From assembly GCA_963836545.1 (NCBI GenBank), contig CAWIKD010000005.1, positions 55,186-119,185 of the forward strand: DNA of 64,000 bases, read 5' to 3'. The notes below the pieces were generated by a model, which worked only from the letters and a program-made list of their open reading frames with translations, searched no databases and had not been told where the DNA came from. This document shows, piece by piece, positions 1 to 11,157 of the stretch. Origin of the DNA: an uncultured Acidimicrobiia bacterium (GTDB lineage Bacteria; Actinomycetota; Acidimicrobiia; Acidimicrobiales; Ilumatobacteraceae). The number at the start of each line of letters is the position of its first letter. Position 1 is the first letter of the stretch. The position numbers were made by a program, and so were the translations under genes.

Positions 1-345
1 GACAGCAAGCTCTCCGAGACCGCCGACAAGCTCGCCGACCGAGCCAGCGGCGGGTCCATGGTGCTGCTGGTCCTCATGGTCTGCGTCGGCGCGCCGATCG
101 TCGAGGAGATCGTCTACCGCGGCCTGCTGCAGCGGTCGTTCTCGGCGCGGACGTCGCAGGTCGTGGCCTGGCTGATCGTGGCGGCCTGGTTCGCGCTCAT
201 CCACTTCCGCCCGATCGAGTACCCCGGCCTGTTCGCCTTCGGGCTCGTCACCGGCGCCTGCCTGATGCTCACCGACCGCCTCGGCATGTCGTGGGCGACG
301 CACATCGGCTTCAACGTGACCGGGCTGCTGCTCGCCCTACGATGA
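1..345 (+). CDS. CPBP-family intramembrane metalloprotease (CAAX protease/Abi-like), C-terminal part; 5' end lies outside the window
   Basis: ORF 58..345 stays open in frame back to position 1. EEIVYRGLL and FALIHF motifs and hydrophobic segments are typical of CPBP proteases. Confidence 0.6.
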   Translation, partial: DSKLSETADKLADRASGGSMVLLVLMVCVGAPIVEEIVYRGLLQRSFSARTSQVVAWLIVAAWFALIHFRPIEYPGLFAFGLVTGACLMLTDRLGMSWATHIGFNVTGLLLALR

Positions 346-401
346 AGCGCCTTCCACTGACGGCCGTTCGAGACGGCTGACTGGCATCATGGCGGGTCGC
401 G

Positions 402-3299
402 ATGAGTGAACTGACCGAACGCGAGCGGGCCGGCGGCACCGGGCCCGGGGGCGCCGGGTCCAACGGCCACGGCGACGAGGACGTCGCGCCGGGTGCCGTG
501 GCGACCGTCGACGCCCCGCCGCGCCCCGACGAAGAGCTCGTCGCGCCAGACGACGAGGCCGGCCGCCCGATCGACGGCGACGATGTCAAGCGACCGTCCC
601 CGTGGTACGCCCGGGCCGGACGGCGCATCGTGCGCCGCCCCGTCGAATGGGCCCGCCGGCCGTGGCCGACCAGCCGCACCGTCCGCTTCGCCGTCACCGC
701 CGTCACCCTGATCATCACCACCGTCGTGATGATGAACGTGGTCCACCTCAACCCGCTGAACATGCGGTCGGACCTCATCTTCGACAACAACACGCCGACG
801 GGCGGCGACATGGGCGCCCACGTGTGGGGCCCGGCGTACCTGCGCGACAACCTGCTGCCGAACTGGCAGCTGTCGGGCTGGAGCATGGACTGGTACGCCG
901 GCTTCCCGATGTACCGCTTCTACATGGTGGTGCCGGCGCTGGCGATCGTGGGCCTCGACACGATCCTGCCCTACGGGGTGGCGTTCAAGCTGGTGGCGGT
1001 CTCGGGGCTGATCACCCTGCCGTTCTGCTGCTGGGCCTTCGGCCGCCTGGCCCGCTTCCGCTACCCGCTGCCCGAGCTGTTCGCCTTCGCCGGGCTGTGC
1101 TTCGCGCTGGACGAGAGCTTCAGCATCTACGGCGGCAACCTCAAGTCGACGATGGCCGGCGAGTTCTCGTTCTCCATCGCCCTCAGCCTGATGATCCTCG
1201 GTTGGGGCTTGCTGGCGCGGGCGATGCAGACCGGCGGCAAGCTCCGCAACTGGGCGGCGATCGTGCTCGCGCTGGCCGTCGTCTGCCACGGCATCGTGGC
1301 GATCTACGCGGTCGTCGGTGCCACGATCATCGTGCTCGTCTACCTCGACTCGGTGCGCCGGCTCGTGCTCGGGGCGAGCATCGGACTGTTCGTCATCCTG
1401 CTGTCGGCCTGGTGGATCGGGCCGTTCGTCGGCAACCACCAGTACATGACGGACATGAAGTACGGGGCGCGCCCGGACGGCGTGAACGACTCCTTCTGGG
1501 ACATGTTCTTCCCGCTCACCGCCCCCCTCGACATCCTCGTGATGACGCTCGCGGTGATCGGCCTCATCGGCTGCATCGCCCGCCGCAACAAGGTCGGCAC
1601 CGCCCTCGGGGTCATCGGAATCGTCACGGTCGCCCTCGTGTACCTGACCCGAGACAGCCTGCCGGTCATCGGCCTGCTGTGGAACCCGCGCCTGCTGCCG
1701 CTCATCTACTTCGTGCGCTACCTGCTGATGATGGTGGGGATCGTCGAGGTCGTCCTCGTCGCCGTCAACCTGTGGCGCAACCGCGCGCCGCGCACGGGGA
1801 TCGGGTGGGTCGCCGGCTCGGCCACGGTCGGCGGCGTCGGCCTGGGCGTGCTGCTGATCCTCGGGTTCATGTTCGAGGTGCTGCCGGGCGGCAGTCGCGT
1901 CGTCAGCCACGACGCCACCAAGACGGTCTACGCATGGGGACCGTTCCAGAAGACGGAGACCGCCGGCGACGCCCAGGGCGACGGGTGGTCGCGCTACAAC
2001 TTCTCGGGCTACGAGGGCCGGCCCCAGTACCCGGAGTACTACGACGTCATCCAGACGATGTCGGAGATCGGCAAGACCAACGGGTGCGGTCGCGTCGAGT
2101 GGGAGAACAACGAGGACAACGGCCAGTACGGCACGACGATGGCGTTGATGCTGCTGCCGCACTGGACCGACGGTTGCATCGCGTCGATGGAGGGCCTCTT
2201 CTTCGAGGCGTCCGGCACGACGCCGTACCACTTCCTGACCACGGCAGCGATCTCCAAGCAGAGCTCCAACCCGGTGCGCGAACTGCGCTACGACAACAAC
2301 GACGCGGCCAAGGGCGTGCCCTACATGCAGGCGCTCGGTGTGCGCTACCTGATGGTGCGCACGGCGGAGGCCAAGTCCGCCGCCGAGGCCCAGCCCGGGC
2401 TGACGCTGCTGGCGACGAGCGGACCGTGGGAGATCTTCCAGGTCGCCGACTCCGAGATCGTGCAGCCGCTCGCCGTGCAGCCGGTCGTGGTCGACCGCCG
2501 TTCCGGCGACCAGCGCGAGCGCAACCTGGAGCTCGGCACGAGCTGGTTCCAGCACCCCGACGAGTGGGCGGCGATCCCCGCCGACGACGGCCCGGCGAAC
2601 TGGCAGCGCATCCACGTCACCGTCGACGAGACCCGCGCCGTGCCCGATCCGAACCGCGGCGCGGAGAACCCCGACACCCGTGGCAAGCAGGTCGACATCG
2701 TCGTGCCGCAGGAGCCGATCGACCCCGTCGCCCTGCCCCCGGTGACGGTCAGCGATGTCGTCATGGGCGAGCAGGACCTCTCGTTCCACGTCGACAAGGT
2801 CGGCGTCCCGGTGCTCGTGAAGGTCTCGTACTTCCCGAACTGGACGGCCCACGGCGCCGAGGGGCCGTATCGCATCGCCCCCAACATGATGGTGGTCGTG
2901 CCCACGAGCAACGACGTCCGCCTGACGTTCGACCGCAGCACGTCCGATCTCTTCTTCTACGCCCTCACCGGCATCGGCATCCTGTTGCTGATCGCGTCGC
3001 GGATCTGGGGCGCCAGGTTGCTCGACGCCATCGACCGCCGGCGCGGCGCCATGACGCCAGCGCTCGCCATCGCCGGTGTGCCGACCTCCTTCAGCAACGA
3101 CCCGGATGCCCGCCGCTCACCGTGGGCCGACCCGGACCCGGGGCCATCGTCGTGGACCCCATCCGACCTCACGCCGCCACACGGATGGGTGCGCGAGCGC
3201 GATCACCCACCGCCGGCCGCGCCGGTTCGTGATCTGGATGACGATCCGGCGACCGATGCCGGAGGTCGGGACGGCGAGGCCGACGGCCCACTAGCCTGA
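402..3299 (+). CDS. large polytopic integral membrane protein (~965 aa), function unknown; N-terminal multi-TM region plus C-terminal extracytoplasmic domain
   Basis: Continuous 965-aa ORF with high GC3. Many hydrophobic helices between residues 90-480, then a hydrophilic domain. It sits directly upstream of phosphomannomutase as in other actinobacteria. Confidence 0.5.
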   Translation: MSELTERERAGGTGPGGAGSNGHGDEDVAPGAVATVDAPPRPDEELVAPDDEAGRPIDGDDVKRPSPWYARAGRRIVRRPVEWARRPWPTSRTVRFAVTAVTLIITTVVMMNVVHLNPLNMRSDLIFDNNTPTGGDMGAHVWGPAYLRDNLLPNWQLSGWSMDWYAGFPMYRFYMVVPALAIVGLDTILPYGVAFKLVAVSGLITLPFCCWAFGRLARFRYPLPELFAFAGLCFALDESFSIYGGNLKSTMAGEFSFSIALSLMILGWGLLARAMQTGGKLRNWAAIVLALAVVCHGIVAIYAVVGATIIVLVYLDSVRRLVLGASIGLFVILLSAWWIGPFVGNHQYMTDMKYGARPDGVNDSFWDMFFPLTAPLDILVMTLAVIGLIGCIARRNKVGTALGVIGIVTVALVYLTRDSLPVIGLLWNPRLLPLIYFVRYLLMMVGIVEVVLVAVNLWRNRAPRTGIGWVAGSATVGGVGLGVLLILGFMFEVLPGGSRVVSHDATKTVYAWGPFQKTETAGDAQGDGWSRYNFSGYEGRPQYPEYYDVIQTMSEIGKTNGCGRVEWENNEDNGQYGTTMALMLLPHWTDGCIASMEGLFFEASGTTPYHFLTTAAISKQSSNPVRELRYDNNDAAKGVPYMQALGVRYLMVRTAEAKSAAEAQPGLTLLATSGPWEIFQVADSEIVQPLAVQPVVVDRRSGDQRERNLELGTSWFQHPDEWAAIPADDGPANWQRIHVTVDETRAVPDPNRGAENPDTRGKQVDIVVPQEPIDPVALPPVTVSDVVMGEQDLSFHVDKVGVPVLVKVSYFPNWTAHGAEGPYRIAPNMMVVVPTSNDVRLTFDRSTSDLFFYALTGIGILLLIASRIWGARLLDAIDRRRGAMTPALAIAGVPTSFSNDPDARRSPWADPDPGPSSWTPSDLTPPHGWVRERDHPPPAAPVRDLDDDPATDAGGRDGEADGPLA

Positions 3300-3308
3300 C
3301 CGCCCGTC

Positions 3309-4662
3309 ATGACAGTGCTCGATGAGATCGTCAAGGCCTACGACGTTCGTGGGACGGTTCCCGACCAGCTCAACGAGACCGTCGCCCGCTCGCTGGGTGT
3401 GGCGTTCGCCCGTTACGCCGGGGCTCCGGAGCTGCTGATCGGGCGCGACATGCGCCCTACCGGACCGGCGCTCGTCGCCGCGTTCACCGACGGCGTCCGC
3501 AGCCAGGGCGTCGACGTGGTCGACATCGGGCTGGCGTCGTCGGACATGGTGTACTTCGCCTCCGGCCACCTCGATCGCCCCGGCGCCATCTTCACGGCGT
3601 CGCACAACCCGGCCGAGTACAACGGCATCAAGTTCTGCCTCTCGGGTGCCCGTCCGGTCGGTGTCGACGGGCTCGGCGAGGTCAAGGCGGTGGCCAGCAC
3701 GGTGCTCGAGGGCCACGGCCCCGCCGACGCGGCGCGGGGCGGCACGCGACGCGAGCAGGACCTGTTGTCGGCGTTCGTCGACCACGTCATCTCCTTCCTC
3801 GACCCGACCGCGGTGCGCCCGCTGCGCGTGGTCGCCGACACCGCCAACGGGATGGGCGGCCTCGTCGTGCCCGCGGTGTTCGAGCGCATCCCGACGGTCG
3901 AGCTCGAGGTGATGTACGGCGAGCTCGACGGGACGTTCCCGAACCACCCGGCCGACCCGCTCCAGCCGGCCAACCAGCGCGACCTGCAGGCCCGCGTGCG
4001 CGCCGGCGGCTTCGACGTCGGGCTGGCGTTCGACGGCGACGCCGACCGGGTGTTCGTGGTGGACGAGCTCGGCCACGGGCCTGTCCGGATCGACGACGAC
4101 CGCGATCCTCGCCGCCGCCGTCCTGCGGACCTCGCCGGGTGCGATGGTGCTGCACAACCTGATCTGCTCGCGAGCCGTGCCCGAGGTCATCCGCGAGCAC
4201 GGCGGGGTGCCGGTGCGCACCAAGGTCGGGCACTCGTTCATCAAGCAGGTGATGGCCGACACCGGGGCCATCTTCGGGGGCGAGCACTCGGCGCACTACT
4301 ACTTCGCCCGCAACTACCGCGCCGACAGCGGCCTGATCGCCACGATGCTCGTGCTCGGCGAGCTGAGCCGGGCCGCCCAGGAGCTGTCGATCGTGCGCAA
4401 GCCGTTCGAGCGCTACTCGCAGAGCGGCGAGATCAACACCCAGGTCGCCGACGTCGGCACCGTCCTCGCGGCGGTGCGGGCGCAGATGGTGGGCCTGCCG
4501 CAGGACGACCTCGACGGGCTCACCGTCGACCACGGGTCGTGGTGGTTCAACCTGCGCCCGTCGAACACCGAACCGCTGCTGCGACTCAACCTCGAAGCCG
4601 ACACCCGCGACGAGTGCGATGCGCACGTCGCCGAGCTGCTGGCACTGATCACCGGTGCCTGA
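3309..4662 (+). CDS. phosphomannomutase/phosphoglucomutase (alpha-D-phosphohexomutase family); reading frame interrupted near 4075-4090
   Basis: N-terminal 257 aa (DVRGTVPDQLNE..TASHNPAEYNGIKF..GFDVGLAFDGDADR) read in frame 0. The C-terminal part (LSGSTTTAILAAAVL..MVLHNLICSRAV..GGEHSAHYYF..) reads in frame +1 as ORF 4144..4662. The two frames cross near 4075-4090, within the GGCCACGGGCCTGTCCGG stretch. Confidence 0.85.
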
Positions 4663-4680
4663 ACCAATCGAAGGAATCTG

Positions 4681-4923
4681 ATGGCCCTCGACGCTGCCCT
4701 GCTGGAGATCCTCGCCTGCCCCGAGGACAAGGGCCCGCTGTACTACTTCCCGGACGAGGACGTGCTCTACAACCCGCGCCTCGCTCGGGTCTACGACATC
4801 CGCGACGACATCCCGGTGATGCTCATCGAAGAGGCGCGCGCCATCGACGAGGCCGAGGCGTCGCGCCTGCAGTCACGCATCGACGGCGAGAACATCGCGC
4901 CGACCTTCACGTCGGAGCAGTAG
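4681..4923 (+). CDS. Trm112-like small protein (DUF343 family)
   Basis: 80-aa ORF with LLEILACPEDKGPLYY N-terminal motif typical of Trm112/YcaR-like proteins. Its position between pmm and ahcY matches mycobacterial synteny. Confidence 0.65.
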   Translation: MALDAALLEILACPEDKGPLYYFPDEDVLYNPRLARVYDIRDDIPVMLIEEARAIDEAEASRLQSRIDGENIAPTFTSEQ

Positions 4924-5003
4924 CTTCTCTGCACACGACGGGCTGACCCGATCGGCGCCAGCAGGCCCCGGCCCGCCTCCCCAACACCCACCTGTCTGAG
5001 GAG

Positions 5004-6461
<1,458 letters not shown>

Positions 6462-6468
6462 GCGAGCT

Positions 6469-6502
6469 CCCGTCCGGACCGCCGAGGTTTGGTCCGGACG
6501 GG
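6469..6502 (+). terminator. GC-rich hairpin (11-bp stem CCCGTCCGGAC/GTCCGGACGGG, 12-nt loop) immediately 3' of ahcY; candidate intrinsic terminator without U-tract
   Basis: Perfect inverted repeat read directly from the sequence 8 nt after the ahcY stop codon. Confidence 0.5.
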
Positions 6503-6553
6503 GCGTCCGCATTACAGTTGCGTGACGGGCGGTGAATGGGAGAGGACCCCCTG

Positions 6554-7862
6554 ATGCCAGCCGCCCACCGCCCGTTCCGCATACGCCACGCCATCGTGGC
6601 GATCGGACTGATCGGGTTGACCGCCACGCTCGCCGTCCCGGTCGATCGTGCTGCCGCCGCCCAGGTCACGGGCGGCGGTTTCACGTCCAACGGCAGTGCC
6701 GCGCCGACGTCGGTCGCTCGTGGGACCACGGTCACGATCTCGATCCCGGTGACGGCCGCGACCACCCGAGCCGCACTCGTGGACGTCGAGGTCTACGACG
6801 GCGCCGGGCGCAAGGCGTACCAGACGTACTGGGACGCCCAGTCGTTCACCGCCGGCGCGACCCGGACGTTCCACGCGACGTGGGCGGTGCCCGCCAACCA
6901 GGCGACGGGCAGCTACCGCGTCGACGTCGGGATCTTCCGGCCCGGCTGGGGCGAGCTGTACCACTGGAACCGCGGTGCGACGACGTTCGCGGTGAGCGCC
7001 ACCCCGGCGACGACCACCACCACGACGGCCGCGCCGACCACCACGGTCGCGCCGACCACCACCTCCACCACGGTCAAGCCGACGACGACCACGGCGGCCC
7101 CGACGACCACGACCATCAAACCGACGACGACGACGATCAAACCGACGACGACCACGGCGGTCCCCCCGACCGGCCGGTTCGTCACGCTGCCGCCCGGATC
7201 GCCCCTCCCGAGCGACGCCGAGTGCGCGGCCCGGGTCCGACCGGTGCCGATCGAGATCCGTCCGATCAACGCCACCCAGAACGCCACCCGCGGCGTCGGC
7301 GGGCGATCCAGCGACCGCCTCTACGCCAGGGTCACCGGCAACTTCACCGGGACCACCGACGAGATCATCCAGTGGGCGTCGTGCAAGTGGGGCTTCGACG
7401 AGGACGTCGTGCGGGCCCAGTCGGTCACCGAGTCGTACTGGGATCAGCGCGCCGGTGGCGATCTGACGACGAACACCGCCAACTGCCCGCTCGGCCACCG
7501 CAACGGTGAGGACGGCCACGGCGCCCAGTGCCCCGACTCCTGGGGCTTGCAGCAGGTGCGCTACTCGACGTTCCGCTGGGCGTACCCGGAGGTGCCCGGC
7601 GTGGTGACGCCGATCACGTCGACGGCGTACAACCTCGACATCGCGCTGGCCGCTCGCCGGCTGTGCTTCGAGGGCTCCGAGACGTGGTTGAACCAGTTCG
7701 AACGGGGCCGCGACTACGTCAAGGGCGACCTGTGGGGCTGCGTCGGGATGTGGTTCTCCGGTCGCTGGTACACCCCGGCGTCGCTGACCTACATCGACGT
7801 CGTCAAGGGCCACCTGAGCCGCGCGGACGTGGGAGACCGACGGCTTCAAGCGCTACCCCTAG
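6554..7862 (+). CDS. secreted two-domain protein with Thr/Pro-rich linker; 3' end uncertain (likely frame change near 7830; alternative in-frame ending ..WETDGFKRYP* at 7862)
   Basis: GGGAGAGGA RBS 8 nt before ATG 6554. Signal peptide MPAAHRPFRIRHAIVAIGLIGLTATLAVPVDRAAAA. Linker (TTT/AP/IKPTTTT) spans 7020-7180. The ORF-track tail 7840-7993 is Arg-rich off-frame-looking text and would overlap the convergent gene ending at 7803. Confidence 0.55.
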
Positions 7863-8936
7863 GTCGGGGGCACGGCCACCGCGAAGGGCGCGGCGTTGCT
7901 TCGTCACGGCGAAGTGCGCCGCACCCTCGAACGTCTCACCGTCGACGGCCAGGCGCAGTGGGCCGGTCGTCGACACGACGTCCAGCTCGCTGACGCGCTG
8001 CTCTCGGTACACCGGGCAGCGGCGCAGTCGACCGACGAGCACCTCGGCCACGAGCCGGGTGCGGGCGAAGCGCCGATCACCCAAGACCAGGCGGACGTCG
8101 AGCAGCCCGTCGTCGAGCCGTTCGCGCCATGACGGCGCGAAGCCGGCGGGGGCGTAGGCGCCGTTGCCGATCCAGCCCAGCCACACCGTCGCCGGCTCGC
8201 CGTCGATCTCGAGGCGCAACGGTTCCATCCGGGGCAGCTCGCGGGCCAGCGCCACCGCGAGGGCGGCCCACTTCCCGATCTTGGGTTGCAGCCGCTCCCG
8301 GGCATCGACGACCTGGGTGTAGCCGCCGAAGCTGAGCGTGTTCACGAACGTGCGGGCCGCCCCGCCGTCGGCCGGCGTGACGCAGCCGAGATCCATGCGG
8401 ATCGCCGTGCCGGCCCGGATCGCGGCGATGGTGTCCTCCGGGCCCTCGAGGCCGAGGTCGCGCGCCAGGTGGTTGAACGTGCCCGAGGGAACGGCGATCA
8501 GCACCTCGTCGTGCTCCACGGCCACGGCGGCCGCCGCGCTCAACGTGCCGTCGCCGCCGGCGGCCCCGATGGCGACGACGTCATCGCGCGGGTCGGCGGA
8601 CAGGATGTCGACGAGGTCGTCGTCGGGACCGAGCTCGTGGATGTCGGCGGCGGGCAGCTCGGCGCGCAGGACGTCGGCCGGGTTGCCGCGCCAGATCGGA
8701 CCGGAGTCTGGGTTGACGGCGAGGCGCACGCCGCGGCCGTCGGGCGACGGGCGGGCATCGGGGTCGGGGATCCGCTTCGGTCGCGTCGTGCCGACGTCAG
8801 CGGGCCGGGCCGGCAGCACGACCTTGCGGATCCAGAGCCCGGCGGCGGTCGCGCCGCCGATGACGACGGCGATGACGGGGACTCGGCGCTTGCGCAAGAC
8901 GGCGCAACCTAGCGCCGTGGCAGGATCGCGGGTCAT
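7803..8936 (-). CDS. diacylglycerol-kinase catalytic-domain lipid kinase (DAGK_cat/YegS-like) with N-terminal membrane anchor
   Basis: GGDGT signature (AIGAAGGDGTLSAAA) and NPDSG motif. The ATG at 8936 lies inside the long ORF 7803..9269, whose first 111 codons look non-coding. Confidence 0.7.
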   Translation of the reverse strand: MTRDPATALGCAVLRKRRVPVIAVVIGGATAAGLWIRKVVLPARPADVGTTRPKRIPDPDARPSPDGRGVRLAVNPDSGPIWRGNPADVLRAELPAADIHELGPDDDLVDILSADPRDDVVAIGAAGGDGTLSAAAAVAVEHDEVLIAVPSGTFNHLARDLGLEGPEDTIAAIRAGTAIRMDLGCVTPADGGAARTFVNTLSFGGYTQVVDARERLQPKIGKWAALAVALARELPRMEPLRLEIDGEPATVWLGWIGNGAYAPAGFAPSWRERLDDGLLDVRLVLGDRRFARTRLVAEVLVGRLRRCPVYREQRVSELDVVSTTGPLRLAVDGETFEGAAHFAVTKQRRALRGGRAPDLGVALEAVGLPRPRGSGGP

Positions 8937-10149
8937 GACCGACGTCACCGACGCCCCGGCGATCGACCTCACGGCCAACGACGCCTTCGACGGGCACCAC
9001 CCGTGGGCGCAGTACGCGTGGCTGCGGGCCAACGATCCGGTCCACTGGCACCCGGAGGCCGACGGGCCGGGGTTCTGGGCGATCACGAAGTACGACGACA
9101 TCCGCAGCATCAGTCGTCGGCCGCGCCTGTTCAGCTCGGCGGCGCGGGGCATCTCGATGCTCGAGCCGACCGAGGAGTCCCTCGCCGGGATGCGCCAGAT
9201 GATGCTGGTGATGGACCCGCCCCAGCACGATCGCTTCAAGCTGCTCGTCAGCCGCGGCTTCACCCCCAAATCGGCGGAGTCGCTGCGCAGGCGGATCGAG
9301 GAGCTGGCCGCGCGAGATCATCGACGACGTCATCGAGCGCGGGAGTGCGACTTCGTCGGCGACATCTCCGGCCGCCTGCCGTCGGGGCTGATCGCCGAGC
9401 TGATGGGCATCCCGCGCGCCGACGGCGAGCGGCTGTACGAGCTGACCGAGCTGATGCACACGACCGACGACGCGGTGGCCTCGCCCGAGCAGCGCCAGGC
9501 TGCGACGGTCGAGATGCTGACCTATGCCGGTGAGACCGCCGCCCGCAAGCGGGTCGAACCGGGCGACGACATCGCCTCGGCGCTGGTGCAGGCCGAGGTC
9601 GACGGCGAGCGACTCACCGACGCCGAGCTGCAGTGGTTCTTCCTGCTGCTCGTGAACGCCGGCGGCGACACCACGCGCAACCTGCTCGCCGAGGGCATGC
9701 AGCAGCTGTTCGATCACCCCGACGAGCGGGCCCGGCTGCAGGGCGACCTCGACGGCCTGCTGGCCACGAGCATCGAGGAGATGCTGCGGTACACGTCGCC
9801 GGTGGTCCACTTCCGCCGCACGGCGATGGAGGACACCGTCGTGCGCGACCAGCCGATCAAGGCCGGCGACAAGCTGATGGTGTTCTACGGCTCCGGCAAC
9901 CGGGACGAGGACGTGTTCGTCGACCCCGACCGCTTCGACGTCGGCCGCGATCCCAACCCGCACATGGCCTTCGGCGGCGGCGGCCCACACCTGTGCCTCG
10001 GACTGCACGTGGCCCGCATCGAGATCGCCGTGATGCTGCGCGAGATCCTGACCCGCCTGCCCGACCTGCGCCCCGCCGGCGACCCGATCCCGCTGGCCAG
10101 CAACTTCATCACCGGCGTCAAGTCCATGCCCGTCGCCTGGACCGTCTGA
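8935..10149 (+). CDS. cytochrome P450
   Basis: N-terminal PWAQYAWLRANDPVHWHPE, then FxGGGPHLCLGLHVARIEIAV (heme Cys loop), EEMLRYTSP (ExxR) and AGGDTT (I-helix). AGGA RBS 9 nt upstream of the start. Codons 123-135 look frame-shifted by a compensating indel pair (see findings). Confidence 0.85.
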   Translation: MTDVTDAPAIDLTANDAFDGHHPWAQYAWLRANDPVHWHPEADGPGFWAITKYDDIRSISRRPRLFSSAARGISMLEPTEESLAGMRQMMLVMDPPQHDRFKLLVSRGFTPKSAESLRRRIEELAARDHRRRHRARECDFVGDISGRLPSGLIAELMGIPRADGERLYELTELMHTTDDAVASPEQRQAATVEMLTYAGETAARKRVEPGDDIASALVQAEVDGERLTDAELQWFFLLLVNAGGDTTRNLLAEGMQQLFDHPDERARLQGDLDGLLATSIEEMLRYTSPVVHFRRTAMEDTVVRDQPIKAGDKLMVFYGSGNRDEDVFVDPDRFDVGRDPNPHMAFGGGGPHLCLGLHVARIEIAVMLREILTRLPDLRPAGDPIPLASNFITGVKSMPVAWTV

Positions 10150-10172
10150 CGACCCGATTCTGATGCAGTTGG

Positions 10173-10201
10173 AGGGCGCCGAGCGCCCTTCAGGCGCCTG
10201 A
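10173..10201 (+). terminator. pair of adjacent GC palindromes (AGGGCGC-CGA-GCGCCCT and TCAGGCGCCTGA) between convergent P450 and F420-oxidoreductase genes; candidate bidirectional terminator
   Basis: Inverted repeats read directly; the second palindrome includes the stop codon of the minus-strand gene. Confidence 0.45.
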
Positions 10202-11098
10202 GAACGCGGCGATCACCGGAGCGAAGGCCTCGATCTGGGCCGGCGTGCCGTCGACGTGGACGGCGACGATCGCCTCGTCGACGCCGACCTCGGCGTACTG
10301 GCGGTACCGGCCGATGTGCTCCTCGACGGTGCCGACGCAGTCGTCGTAGCGCTCGGCGGCACCGGGTGAGCCGCCGAGGATCGCCGCCTCCGAGAGCGTG
10401 GTGACGGTGACCGTCGCCGGATCGCGATCGACGGCCCGGCAGTGGTCGTGGAGGACGGCGACCTTGCGGGCGATCTCCTCCGGCTCGCCGAACAGGTTGC
10501 AGGCGTCGGCGTGCTCGGCCACGAGCCGCAGCGTCCGACGCTCGCCGGAGCCGCCGACGAGGATCGGCACGTGCTCCTGCAGCGGGCGCGGGTAGCACGT
10601 CGCCGCCGGCACGGTGGTGGTCCGCCCGGTGAACGCGGGCGAGCCCTTGCCCCACATCAGCGGGAGCAGCTCGAGCGCATCCTCGAGCAGCTCGTAGCGG
10701 CGGGCGACGGGCGGGAACTCCCAGCCGTACAGCTCGTGCTCGCGCCCGAACCACGCCGTGCCGAGCCCGCAGAACGCCCGTCCGCCCGACAGCACGTCGA
10801 GGGTGGCGACGATCTTGGCCAGGTGGGCCAGGTTGCGGTACGTGACGCCGTTGACGAGCGCGCCGAGTCGGGCGGTGGTCGTGGCGGCGGCGAGGAACCC
10901 GAGCGTCGTCGTGCTCTCCGGGAGGTCGTCCCACTCCCGGCCCACCGTCGGGATCTGGACGAAGTGGTCCATCACCGAGATCGACGAGAAGCCGGCCTCC
11001 TCGGCGGCGCGGGCGATGGCGCCGAGGCGGGGGGCGAGCTCGGCGGCGCCGCCGGGCCAGGACCAGCCGCCGAGCTGGAGGCCGAAGCGCATGGTCAT
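10190..11098 (-). CDS. LLM-class (luciferase-like monooxygenase family) F420-dependent oxidoreductase
   Basis: 302 aa from MTMRFGLQLGG, with a CAGGAGGATCC RBS upstream. Family-typical segments: GFSSISVMDHF, LGTAWFGREHELYGWEFPPV, VPILVGGSGERRTLRLVAEHADACNLFG. Confidence 0.75.
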   Translation of the reverse strand: MTMRFGLQLGGWSWPGGAAELAPRLGAIARAAEEAGFSSISVMDHFVQIPTVGREWDDLPESTTTLGFLAAATTTARLGALVNGVTYRNLAHLAKIVATLDVLSGGRAFCGLGTAWFGREHELYGWEFPPVARRYELLEDALELLPLMWGKGSPAFTGRTTTVPAATCYPRPLQEHVPILVGGSGERRTLRLVAEHADACNLFGEPEEIARKVAVLHDHCRAVDRDPATVTVTTLSEAAILGGSPGAAERYDDCVGTVEEHIGRYRQYAEVGVDEAIVAVHVDGTPAQIEAFAPVIAAFSGA

Positions 11099-11157
11099 GG
11101 GATCCTCCTGTTGGCGGCGCGCCGCCGATGGCGCGTCGTAGAGCGAGCGGGGCACGA

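Noticed and set aside
387-2852. 821-aa minus-strand ORF and 876-aa +2-frame ORF over the membrane-protein gene
   Set aside because: Both are alternative-frame artefacts of the 965-aa membrane-protein gene. They have low-complexity translations and no start context.
6512-7849. 445-aa minus-strand ORF antisense to the secreted-protein gene
   Set aside because: Translation is Arg/Gly/Pro-rich low-complexity text, typical of off-frame reading of high-GC DNA. The sense strand has signal peptide, RBS and domain structure.
7862-7993. Extension of the secreted-protein ORF to 7993
   Set aside because: The tail is Arg-rich off-frame-looking text and would overlap the convergent lipid-kinase gene by ~190 bp. 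An in-frame-shifted ending at 7862 is more plausible.
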